NCBI GenBank assembly: GCA_963736545.1
Contig: CAVTPA010000001.1
Span: forward strand, 1,793,660-1,857,659
DNA: 64,000 nt
Source: an uncultured Chloroflexia bacterium
GTDB taxonomy: Bacteria; Chloroflexota; Limnocylindria; Limnocylindrales; CSP1-4
Direction of reading: 5' to 3'
Made by a program: the position numbers and the translations under genes. Under the pieces are notes generated by a model, which worked only from the letters and a program-made list of their open reading frames with translations, had not been told where the DNA came from and did not search any database. Of this stretch, positions 30,563 through 39,618 are shown piece after piece. The first letter of the stretch is position 1. The number at the start of each line of letters is the position of its first letter.

Positions 30563-31554
30563 CAGACCCTCCCCGGACGACCCTCGAAGAACGTCCGGTA
30601 CGCGGCGAGGTAGTTGCCGGAGATCAGGTCGGCCGCTCGCTCTGCGCTGATCTGGCGGTCGATCATCTCCCGCAGGGGATCCCACCATAGGCTGCGGCCG
30701 ATCGCGAACCCGGAGTAGGCCTCGACCGCGCGGGCGGTCCGAAGCCAATGCAGGACCTGCGAGGTACTCGCACCACGCCCCAGGACGACGCAGCGCACAT
30801 GGACGCGCCCGTCTCGCTGCGCGATCCCGGCCACGGCCTCGCAATCGGCGGTGCGATCGAGCCCCTCGACCTTCCACACGTCGGGCTCGACCCCGATGTC
30901 TTGTAGGTGGGCCATCACCTCGACCATCAGGCTCGGGCGGACGTCGCGGTCGAACCGTTCGTGCCAGCCCGGCTCCTCCACGTCGGGAGGCTCCGGCGGC
31001 ACCACGAGCTCGAGGAGGACCGGGTAGGCGTGGGAGCGGGCCCAGCCGGTCAGGCGGGCGAGGCGCTCGTCCTCGGTCGCCTGGGCCGGGGACGGAACGC
31101 GCGGATTGCGCCGGAGCAGCACCTTGACAAGGTCGGGGCCGAAGCGGTCGATGTGCTCGGCGAACGCGTCGCCGTACGCAAACTCCAGCACGTCCGTGCC
31201 CGTCGCCTCGACCGGCATGACCAGGAGGAGGTTCCTCTCTCGCACGTCGACGGCGAGCTCCCCGGCCAGCTCCTCGTCAATGAGCGCCGCCGCTCCCTCC
31301 ACTGCGGGCTCGGCCTGCACGGCTCTGACGAGGCCATCCAGGATGACCCCCTTTAACCGCCGCGCCGTCTCGCGGTCCGCGCTCGAGAGGGGCCACGTGG
31401 TCCGGAGCAGCCGTGCGAAGCTCGAGCGATGATCGAATGCCATGACCGCCAGCGGGTTCGCGTACCCCGCGGGGGCGACCCCGCCATCCGGGGCCTGCCG
31501 CGGCTCCGCAGAGCGCCCGCGTTCCTGGCCGATAACCGGGGGCAGCTCGGCCAT
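30562..31554 (-). CDS. DUF2090 / LacD-like class I aldolase-fold protein
   Basis: LAVMAFDHRSSF and DVWKVEG motifs typical of the DUF2090 and tagatose-bisphosphate aldolase-like TIM barrel. Start taken at MAELPP (31554), 2 bp after the RLP stop. Confidence 0.6.
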   Translation of the reverse strand: MAELPPVIGQERGRSAEPRQAPDGGVAPAGYANPLAVMAFDHRSSFARLLRTTWPLSSADRETARRLKGVILDGLVRAVQAEPAVEGAAALIDEELAGELAVDVRERNLLLVMPVEATGTDVLEFAYGDAFAEHIDRFGPDLVKVLLRRNPRVPSPAQATEDERLARLTGWARSHAYPVLLELVVPPEPPDVEEPGWHERFDRDVRPSLMVEVMAHLQDIGVEPDVWKVEGLDRTADCEAVAGIAQRDGRVHVRCVVLGRGASTSQVLHWLRTARAVEAYSGFAIGRSLWWDPLREMIDRQISAERAADLISGNYLAAYRTFFEGRPGRV

Positions 31555-31555
31555 G

Positions 31556-32983
31556 TCAGTGCAGGGAGGGATAGCGCTGCTCGAGGGCCTGCACGAGGGC
31601 ATCGAGGCGCCGGTCCCGTGCCACGGCCATCAGCGCCCGCGCGTGGTCGGTCGCCGGAACCTCGGCGAGCGCCCCGGTCCGGTGAACGTCGAGCGCCTCC
31701 ACCATGGCCTCCGCCCCGAGGCGCGGATCGGGCCGTCCCGAGGAGCCCTTGATGGAGTTGATCGCGGACCCGGCCAGGAACAGCACCTGGTCGAGGATGC
31801 CGCGGTCCTCCGCGTCGCGCAGGTTCAGCCCGATGTTCCCCTGGTCGAGGCCGCCTGCCCGGACGATCGTCGTCGGGCGGATTCCTGCCAGCGGCGCGGT
31901 CAGGATGGCCTCCGAGGCCCGCCACTCCGCGCCGGACGGTCGCAGGAAGGGTTGGCCGGGCAGGACCGGTGCGGTCTGGCGGAAGTCGATCCCGTCGAGC
32001 CGCGCGAGGAGATCGACGACCTCCCGCCAGATGGCGCGCGTGCGGACGCCGACGCCGGCGTTGTGCCCGTAGATGGCAACGGGCTCCCCGGACGCGGCCA
32101 GGTGGTCGCGCACCATCCGCACGCCGCCGAGCACCCAGCTCTCGCTGAACATCACCCCGCGCGCTCCCGCCCCCCGTGCCGTGTCGACATTGGCGATCAG
32201 CTCGCCGGGCGCGGCCGTGACGTGAGGGGCGAACAGGAGCGTCTCGGACCGGCCGGGACGTTGACGTTCAATGGCCTCGATGGCCAAGCGAGTCCGTTCG
32301 GCCAGGGGGCAGTACGGAAGATTGGGATAGAGGTTCTCGTCCTCCTTCACGAAGGAGAAGAGGTCGACGGCGGCAATGTCGGCGACCAGGTCCCGCTCCT
32401 GGGTCGGCACCAGGCCGGCGGTCGGCTTGAGGATCGTCCCAAAGGCGGGCCGGCCCGCCTCCAGGCGCACGTGCGAGCGGAAGCCGGCAGCTCCGAGGGC
32501 CGGGCCCGGGAACGTCCGCAGGACACGTGGTGGGATGTCCAGCGCCACGAGACGCACATCCTGGGCCTCGGACACGTCGAAGATGATCGCCCCGGCCACC
32601 GTGTGGAGGATATCGGTGCTCGTGACATGCCCGTCGGTTTGGCACAGCATCTTCAATGGATAGGCCATGTGAAGGAGGCCGATCCGCCCGGTCGAATCGA
32701 AGGGCACGACGCCGGATGCCGAGCCCGTGCACTCCGCCAAGAGCGACCCGGCCGGTGGGTGGCGGGTGCCGCTCGTCGCGTGATACGCGATCTCCTCGGC
32801 GAACCCCGCCAGTGACTGCGAACGGAGTGCCAGGAAGTACGTGGCGGTAACGGCGTCATCTGCCGCGGGCGGAGGGTTCTCGGCCAGCACGTCGCTGATC
32901 ACGCGGCGCAGCAACGCCTCTCGCTCGTCCAGGTCGGCCCAGAGGAGCTCCACGGTGTCGGCACCGATGCGGGGAAGTGTCAT
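31556..32983 (-). CDS. RuBisCO-like protein (form IV RLP)
   Basis: 475 aa. IAYHATSGT, GTILKPTAGL (KPK to KPT), and FVKEDEN (carbamyl-Lys plus the acidic Mg ligands are retained). HxHRxxH is replaced by YGHNAGV, and the GGG loop is replaced by AGSAINS. Confidence 0.8.
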   Translation of the reverse strand: MTLPRIGADTVELLWADLDEREALLRRVISDVLAENPPPAADDAVTATYFLALRSQSLAGFAEEIAYHATSGTRHPPAGSLLAECTGSASGVVPFDSTGRIGLLHMAYPLKMLCQTDGHVTSTDILHTVAGAIIFDVSEAQDVRLVALDIPPRVLRTFPGPALGAAGFRSHVRLEAGRPAFGTILKPTAGLVPTQERDLVADIAAVDLFSFVKEDENLYPNLPYCPLAERTRLAIEAIERQRPGRSETLLFAPHVTAAPGELIANVDTARGAGARGVMFSESWVLGGVRMVRDHLAASGEPVAIYGHNAGVGVRTRAIWREVVDLLARLDGIDFRQTAPVLPGQPFLRPSGAEWRASEAILTAPLAGIRPTTIVRAGGLDQGNIGLNLRDAEDRGILDQVLFLAGSAINSIKGSSGRPDPRLGAEAMVEALDVHRTGALAEVPATDHARALMAVARDRRLDALVQALEQRYPSLH

Positions 32984-33118
32984 CTCAGGCCCTCCAGTGG
33001 GCGGTTCATCCTGACCTCATCTCAGCGCCTCGGGGACCGCCAGCCGGTTCGTCCGGGCACTCGTCCCTCTCGTGAGGGCGAAGGCGTTCATCGATCAGCG
33101 AGCCTCGCGGGCTTCGCG

Positions 33119-33385
33119 TCATTCAGGCGGTGGCGGGATCTCCTCCCCTGCGTCACCGATGTACGCGATGGGCTCACCGACAGCCACCGCTTCACCGGGC
33201 TGGGCCACAAGCCGGAGCACCGTGCCGCCCACGGGACTCTCGAACTCGACCGTTGCCTTGTCGGTCTCGAGCTCGCACAGCACAGTTCCGGGACCAACGC
33301 TCTCGCCCTCCCGGACCAGCCAGGCGAGGATCGTGCCGTGCTCCATCGAGGCCCCCATCGAGGGCATCACGACCGTGGTGCGCAC
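33119..33385 (-). CDS. stand-alone lipoyl-domain protein (E2 lipoyl domain only)
   Basis: 88 aa. MPSMGASMEHGTILAWLV...LCELETDKATVEFESP...GEPIAYIG, then a Pro-rich tail and a stop. There is no peripheral-subunit-binding domain and no acyltransferase domain. Confidence 0.8.
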   Translation of the reverse strand: MRTTVVMPSMGASMEHGTILAWLVREGESVGPGTVLCELETDKATVEFESPVGGTVLRLVAQPGEAVAVGEPIAYIGDAGEEIPPPPE

Positions 33386-33400
33386 TGATCGACTCCCTCC

Positions 33401-34387
33401 TTAGGACGCTATCGCGAAGAGCCCCTTGACGGCGCGAGCGATCTTCTCGGCGTCGGGGATCGTCGCCTTCTCCAGCACTGGCGAGAACGGGATCGGGTTG
33501 TCCAAGGATGCGACACGCACGACGGGAGCACGCAGCACGTCGAAGGCCCGCTCGGTGATCTCAGCGCTGAGCTCCGCGCCGACGCCGAAGCTGCGATGCC
33601 CTTCCTCCACGACCACGACGCGGCCGGTCTTGCGGACGGACAGCAGGATCGTTTCGATATCGAGCGGGCTGACCGACTTGAGGTCGATGACCTCGCACTC
33701 GATTCCCGACCCAGCACAGGCATCGGCGGCCCGCAACGCTTCGAGCAGCTGCCGGGAGTAGCTCACGACGGTTGCACTATGTCCAGGGCGAACGACCTCG
33801 GCCTTGCCGATCGGGACCAGGAAGTCGGGGCCCGACGGGACATCGCCGATATCCCCGTAGAGCAGCTTGTTCTCGACCACCATCACGGGGTCGTCGCTGC
33901 GGATGGCGCTCTTGAGCAGGCCCTTCGCGTCGGCCGGTGTCGCCGGCATGACGACGTGCAGCCCAGGGATTGCGGCGAACCAAACCTCGAGGTTCTGCGA
34001 GTGTTGGGCTGCGTAGCTCTTGCCAGCGCCCCCCTGCGTCCTGATTACCAGCGGAGCCGCGACCTGTCCGCCGCTCATGTAGCGGGCCTTCGCGACCTGG
34101 TTGGCGATCTGATCCATGGCGATGGCCGTGAAGTCAATGAACATGATCTCGGCGACTGGGCGAAGGCCGGTGATCGACGCTCCGAGGGCGGTCCCGATGA
34201 TCGCCGCCTCGCTGATCGGCGTGTCGATCACCCGCGTTGGGCCGAAGCGATCGTAGAGACCCTTGGTCGCCGCCATGGCGCCACCAAATCGCCCGACGTC
34301 CTCCCCCAGCAAGATCACGTTCGTGTCCCGCTCCATCTCCTCGGAGAGGGCCTGGGCGATAGCGGCGCGGTACGTCATCTGGACCAC
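33401..34387 (-). CDS. 2-oxoacid/acetoin dehydrogenase E1 component beta subunit
   Basis: 328 aa, typical transketolase-like Pyr plus C-terminal domains (LLGEDVGRFGG...VIDTPISEAAIIG). Confidence 0.9.
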   Translation of the reverse strand: MVQMTYRAAIAQALSEEMERDTNVILLGEDVGRFGGAMAATKGLYDRFGPTRVIDTPISEAAIIGTALGASITGLRPVAEIMFIDFTAIAMDQIANQVAKARYMSGGQVAAPLVIRTQGGAGKSYAAQHSQNLEVWFAAIPGLHVVMPATPADAKGLLKSAIRSDDPVMVVENKLLYGDIGDVPSGPDFLVPIGKAEVVRPGHSATVVSYSRQLLEALRAADACAGSGIECEVIDLKSVSPLDIETILLSVRKTGRVVVVEEGHRSFGVGAELSAEITERAFDVLRAPVVRVASLDNPIPFSPVLEKATIPDAEKIARAVKGLFAIAS

Positions 34388-34390
34388 AGC

Positions 34391-35380
34391 TCAGGCCCTC
34401 GCGGGCGCGGCGGGCGCGTCGCTGAAGACATACGCGGACACGGCATCAGGTGATGGGTCCGGCGAGCCGGTGGCGAACTCGATGGCTCGGGCGACTTCTT
34501 CGGCGGTCTGCGATTCGATGGCCGCATAGTCGTCCGGGCTCACGACGCCCTCGTGGGCGAGACGATCGGCGTAGCGCACGATGGGGCAGCGTGCCTTCCA
34601 CTCGTTCTCTTCGTCGCGAGTGCGGTACGAGCGGTTGTCGGACGCGCCGTGCCCGTACCATCGGTAGGTGAGGGCCTCGATGAGGGTGGGGCCTCCGCCA
34701 GTCCGCGCGCGGGCCACCGCCTCGACGGCGGCGGCATGGACTTCCAGCACGTCGTTGCCATCGACGGGGACGCCGGGGATCCCGTAGGCGCTCGCTCGCC
34801 CCGCGACGGACCCCCCGGCGATCATCTCCTTGCTAGAGGAGCTCAGGCCGTACTGGTTATTCTCGCAGACCCATACCACGGGCAGCCGCCAGATGGCCGC
34901 CATGTTCAGCGCCTCGTGAAAGGCGCCCGTGTTCGCGGCAGCGTCGCCGAAGAAGCACACGGCGACGGCGCCGGCGTCGCGGTACTTGCTCGACAGCGCG
35001 GCCCCGACCGCGATCGGCAACCCAGCTCCGACGATGCCGTTCGCGCCGATGATGTTCAGCGACACATCGGCGATGTGCATCGACCCCCCGCGCCCGTGGC
35101 AATAGCCCGTCTCCTTGCCCAGGATCTCGGCGAGCATGCCGTCCATGCCTGCACCCTTCGCCAGCAGGTGGCCGTGCCCGCGATGGGTCGTCAGAACATA
35201 GTCCATGTCCTCGAGGGCGGTGCAGACGCCGACGGCAACTGCTTCCTGGCCGACGGACAGGTGAGGGCTGATCCCGGGGATCTGCCGGGCCAGGTACATC
35301 CGGTAGAGGTTGTCCTCGAACTGCCGGATGCGAACCATCTGCCGCAGCATGTGCCGGTGCTGCTCCTCGGTGAGCCTCAT
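34391..35380 (-). CDS. 2-oxoacid/acetoin dehydrogenase E1 component alpha subunit (ThDP-binding)
   Basis: 329 aa from MRLTEEQHRHML. ThDP motif GDAAANTGAFHEALNMAA...VCENNQYG. Confidence 0.9.
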   Translation of the reverse strand: MRLTEEQHRHMLRQMVRIRQFEDNLYRMYLARQIPGISPHLSVGQEAVAVGVCTALEDMDYVLTTHRGHGHLLAKGAGMDGMLAEILGKETGYCHGRGGSMHIADVSLNIIGANGIVGAGLPIAVGAALSSKYRDAGAVAVCFFGDAAANTGAFHEALNMAAIWRLPVVWVCENNQYGLSSSSKEMIAGGSVAGRASAYGIPGVPVDGNDVLEVHAAAVEAVARARTGGGPTLIEALTYRWYGHGASDNRSYRTRDEENEWKARCPIVRYADRLAHEGVVSPDDYAAIESQTAEEVARAIEFATGSPDPSPDAVSAYVFSDAPAAPARA

Positions 35381-35381
35381 G

Positions 35382-36012
35382 TCAACCCGAGATGTCCGAG
35401 CGGGACTGGATGGCCTTCTTGAGCTCATCGGCGATGGCATGGCAGATCGCCATGTGGACGTCCTCGACGTGCACCATCTTCCAGGATGGGACGACGACGC
35501 AGATGTCGGCGACGTCCTTGGCCTTGCCCCCGCCCTTCCCGGAGAGGCAGATCGTCGTGGCGCCCAGCGAACGCGCGACATCGAACGCGTTCAGGACGTT
35601 CTGGCTGTTCCCGGAACCGCTGATCCCGATGAGGACGTCACCGGCCTCGCACCAGTTCTTCACCTGCTCACTGAAGACGTACTCGTACCCCATGTCGTTG
35701 GCGGCGGCGGTGATGAATGACACGGAGTCATTGAGGCACAGCGTCTTGAAGCGCTGGTCGCTCACTACCGCGGTCTTGGCGTCATTGGAGATCGTGTGCT
35801 TGGCCAGATCGTTGATGATGTGCGCATGCGGTGCTCCCGTGGCCTCCGTTCCCCATCGTCAGGACCTTCTTCCCCTGGCGTTGAGCCTCGAGGAGCACCT
35901 CCACGATCCGGGCGAGTTGCTCGTTGTCGAGCTCCTGGAGCGTCGCGGCGAGGAGCTTCATGTAGTCGGCGAAGCCTTGGGCGATGGCTGGCGTGGTTCC
36001 GATCGTCGGCAT
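35382..36012 (-). pseudogene. SIS-domain sugar-phosphate isomerase (GmhA-like), frameshift near 35826
   Basis: MPTIGTT...KKVLTMGNGGHGSTA is in one frame. AHIINDLAKHTISNDAKTAVVSDQRFKTLCL...GISGSGNSQNV follows in the next frame. The span is 631 nt (3n+1), consistent with a single-base insertion, which could be an assembly indel. Confidence 0.7.
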
Positions 36013-36073
36013 GGTCAGGTCCTCTGAGGTGCGCTTCAATTCGATCGACAGGGCTGGTCGAAGGTGCGGTGGG

Positions 36074-37000
36074 TCACGTGTGCGCCCAGCGGTACAGGTG
36101 CTCCCGGAGCGGGTCGCCGGCGAGGCCATGCGCCGCCAGGAGCTGTGCCGGGCGCCCGGATTCCCCGAACACATCGTTAATGGCGATCCGTTCGATCCGG
36201 TGGACGACATCGCGCTCGTCGAGGACCATCGAGAGCCCGTCGGCGAGACCGCCGTGGGTGTTGTGCTCCTCGACGACCGCCACCCGGCGGCCGACGAGGG
36301 CGTCGACGATGGCGCGATCGAGCGGCTTCAGCCGGCTCACGCCCAGCACGGTCAGGCGGATGCCCTCCTGCGCCAGGGCATCGACTGCCGCAACGACGTC
36401 GGATGAAGAGGTGCCGGTCGTGACGACGACGCCTGCGTCCCCATCGCGCAGGCGGTGGTACGCGGGGAGCGGCCCGGGCAATTCATCGACGACGGGAAGC
36501 GTCGCCGGTCGGGAGAGCCGGACATACGTCGGGCCATGGACAGCGAACACCTCGGCGAGGACGGCCCGCAGGTCCCACGCGTCGAGCGGGGCGTAGACGC
36601 GGATGTTCGGGATGGCCTGCATGATCCCGAGGTCCTCGACGGCCTGCTGTGTCGCACCGTCCTCGCCGAGCCCGATGCCGGCGTGGAAGCCGAACAGCTT
36701 GACGTTCAGGTTCGGATACGCCACGGAGACGGCGATCTGGTCCGCCGCCCGCCGGGTCAGAAACGAAGCGAAGCTGTTGACGGCCGGCATCCCGCCCCCG
36801 AGCGCAATTCCCGCGGCCATGGCGACCATGTTCTGTTCGGCGATCCCCACGTTCAGATAGCGTTCTGGGAAGCGCTCGCGGAACCCAGCCGAACGGGTCG
36901 ACGTTGCCAGGTCCGCGTCGAGGACGACCAGATTGGGGTACTGCGCGCCGAGCTCGGGCATCGCGGCACCGTAGGCGTCGCGGAGGGCGACGGCCTTCAT
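36074..37000 (-). CDS. transketolase, C-terminal (Pyr + C-terminal domain) subunit
   Basis: 308 aa from MKAVALRDAYG, with NVGIAEQNMVAMAAG. ATGA overlap with the N-terminal subunit gene. Confidence 0.9.
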   Translation of the reverse strand: MKAVALRDAYGAAMPELGAQYPNLVVLDADLATSTRSAGFRERFPERYLNVGIAEQNMVAMAAGIALGGGMPAVNSFASFLTRRAADQIAVSVAYPNLNVKLFGFHAGIGLGEDGATQQAVEDLGIMQAIPNIRVYAPLDAWDLRAVLAEVFAVHGPTYVRLSRPATLPVVDELPGPLPAYHRLRDGDAGVVVTTGTSSSDVVAAVDALAQEGIRLTVLGVSRLKPLDRAIVDALVGRRVAVVEEHNTHGGLADGLSMVLDERDVVHRIERIAINDVFGESGRPAQLLAAHGLAGDPLREHLYRWAHT

Positions 37001-37858
37001 CGCGCCGCCTCCCCGTGTCCGAGGGCCTTCAGCTCGGTGACGGCCGCCTCGTACTGCGTGTCGTCCAGGGCATGGCTGTGCCACTCGCGACGACCCTCCA
37101 TGAAGGAGACCCCTTTCCCTTTGGTGGTGTGCGCGATGACGACATGCGGCCCTCGGTCCGGCTCGCTGCGGACCCAGTCGATGGCCCCGACGAGGTCCTC
37201 GATGTCGTTGCCGTCGATCTCGCGCGTCTGCCAGCCGAACGCCGCGAATTTGGCGGCATACGGCCGAAGATCGAGGATGTCCTCGACCCGCCCATCGTTC
37301 TGCATCTCGTTGGCATCGACGATCGCGACCAGCCCGTGGAGCGGGTGCGCGCCGGCGAACGCGATGGCTTCCCACGTGTTGCCCGAGATCAAGCTCGCCG
37401 TCGCCCAAGACGACGTACACGATCGTCGGCTTCGCGCGCGTGGCCAGCCACCAGGCGAGCCCGCAGCCGACGGACAGGCCCTGGCCGAGCGACCCGGTGG
37501 ACATCTCGACCTCGGGCAGACGGGTTCGGTCCGGATGCCCCTGGAGGCGGGAACCGAACTGGCGCAAGGTCGTGAGCTCGGCGGCCGGGATGACACCGAC
37601 GCCGGCCAGCGCGGCATAGAGCGCGGGAGCCGCGTGACCCTTCGACAGGATCACATGGTCGCGGACCTCCGTAGGTGTGCCGAGCTTGGCGGGATCGGTG
37701 GCGTATCCGAAGAGCACCGCAAGGATGTCGGCGCACGAGAGGCTGCCCCCAGGGTGACCCGAGCCGGCCGCCTTGATCTGGAGCAGCACATCGAGCCGGA
37801 TCTGCCTGGCGAGCTCCGTCAGGCGCTCGACCGGCGCTGCCTGCGTGTGAACAGTCAT
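36997..37858 (-). pseudogene. transketolase, N-terminal (ThDP-binding) subunit, frameshift near 37380
   Basis: MTVHTQAAP...GSGHPGGSLS...SKGHAAPALYA...VVLGDGEL is in one frame. TWEAIAFAGAHPLHGLVAIVDANEMQNDG...HTTKGKGVSFME is in the next. The span is 862 nt (3n+1). Confidence 0.8.
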
Positions 37859-38836
37859 GGCTTCCTCTGCCCTGTGCGGGGTCTGCCCGCGCGCCCCTGG
37901 CTCCCCGGGAGCACCTTGACGGTGTTGAGGATCTCGTCGATCGACTGCGCCCGACCGAGGCGCTTGGGATCGGCAAGCGCCAGACAGTGGAACAGGACGT
38001 CCGAGAGCATCATCTGCAGGAGGCGGGTGAGGGCCGCGTCGTTGCCGAACAGCCCCACGCCCGGTGGCGTCGAAAGGGAGACCTCGACGGCGCGTGCCAG
38101 CGGCGACAGCGGGTCCCCGGTGAGGGCGATGGTGTGGGCTCCCCGCTCGGACGCGATGCGGGCCGCCCTCAGGTCCAGGTCGGTGCGCCCCGAGTACGAC
38201 ACCAGGACAACTGCGTCTTCGGGTCCCACCAGCGACGCGTAGGCGAGCTGGGTGTGCGCGTCCTCGGAGTACTGAACGCTCAGCCCGAGTCGAAGGAGCC
38301 GATGGTGCATGTCCATCGCGACCATCGACGACAGGCCGGCGCCAACCGGGACGATGCGGCGCGCGCGGTCGAGGATGGCGACCACTCGCCGCAGGCGGTC
38401 GTCCACCAGAAGCATCTGGCCGAAGGCGACGGTCCGGGACGAGACCGACCCGAAGAATCTTCGTCGCGACGACCTCGGGCTCGTCGGTGAGAAGGATGGC
38501 AGGGTCGAGGGCGTTGCCCTCGCTACCAGCGGCCAGGTTGAGTCCGCGCTCGCGCGCGAGCGACCGCTTCAGTTGTCCGAAGCCAGCAAAACCCAAGCGG
38601 CGAGCAAGACGGTCAATCGTCGATCGACTTGTATCGGATTGGATGGCCACCTGCGGAGCGGTGACCAAGCCCCGTTCCGCCTCGGGAATGGACAGCAGGT
38701 ACGCAATGATGCGCTGGTCCGCTCGCGACATCGGCATCGAGGCGAGGCGGCCGAGAAGCGTTCCGCCCTTATCTTGGTTGGGCCGGTCGTCACTTGAGAC
38801 GTCTTGCGTCACACGGGATGACACAACTAGCTCCAT
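37855..38836 (-). pseudogene. RpiR/MurR-family regulator (HTH_6 + SIS), frameshift near 38460
   Basis: The HTH part (RIIAYLLS...RSTIDRLARRLGFAGFGQLKRSL) is in the frame of the 1015-aa ORF. The SIS part (RIVPVGAGLSSMVAMDMHHRL...VSYSGRT) is in ORF 37855..38415. The span is 982 nt (3n+1). The TGA overlaps the transketolase ATG. Confidence 0.75.
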
Positions 38837-39618
38837 AGGCTCACAAACCGCACTCGTGTTGGTACGTAACGTATCAACTTTCGACGCCCGGGTCAATCCC
38901 CAGATCCCGTGCGCCCGAGGCGAAGGCCGGAGCCGAGCACACGATCGGATGGGCCGAGACGAGCTCTCTGCCGCTCTGCGAGGCCGACTCCCTCGACGAT
39001 CTCGAGGCCAGTGCGACGCCTGGGCCCGAAGACGTGGCCTGGGCGCCGGCACGCCGGCTCGCGACCGGCACGCCGCGGAACGACCGTATCGCGTCGCGCT
39101 CGCCGAGCCGCGCCCCGACACGGACCTTCATCTCAAGGCGCGAGCCGGCAGTACGCCTTCGTCCGGGTGCTCTCGGTCGACTACCCGGTCCCTCCGGCCT
39201 TCGCCGGGCGGCGCATCGGGGCCCGGGTGAGCCCGGCGACGGTGCGCCTCTTGTGCGAGGGAGCGAGGTCGCCCGGCACCGCCGCAGCTTCGCCCTCGCG
39301 GATGTCGTCCTCAACCCGACGCACGGCCGGGCGATCCGCCTCGCCCGGGAGGCCGCCTCCGGGACGGGGGCCTAAGCTGCCGGCGCTCGGCCTCGCCCGG
39401 CACGACGCCTGGGAGGTGCCGGCATGTCCGGCTCACGCTGACACGCAACGTCGACTTCGAGCATCACGCGGGGCCGATGCATCCGCAACTGGCGCGGTCG
39501 CGCAGGGCTCCGAGCGGTACCGGCGCGGTCAGCACGAGGAAGACACCGTCGGCGGCAGCCTGCACTGCCTTGTCCGCCGTCAGGAGGCCCACGTCGGGGG
39601 CGCTGGAGTCCCGTGAGC

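Noticed and set aside
36074-39121. A single 1015-aa ORF that looks like one huge gene
   Set aside because: It is a read-through chimera. Only its last 308 aa (transketolase C subunit), a middle block (transketolase N subunit, N-terminal part) and an upstream block (RpiR HTH) are real coding segments. These are separated by out-of-frame Arg/Pro-rich filler, and ATGA/TGA-ATG couplings define the three genes.
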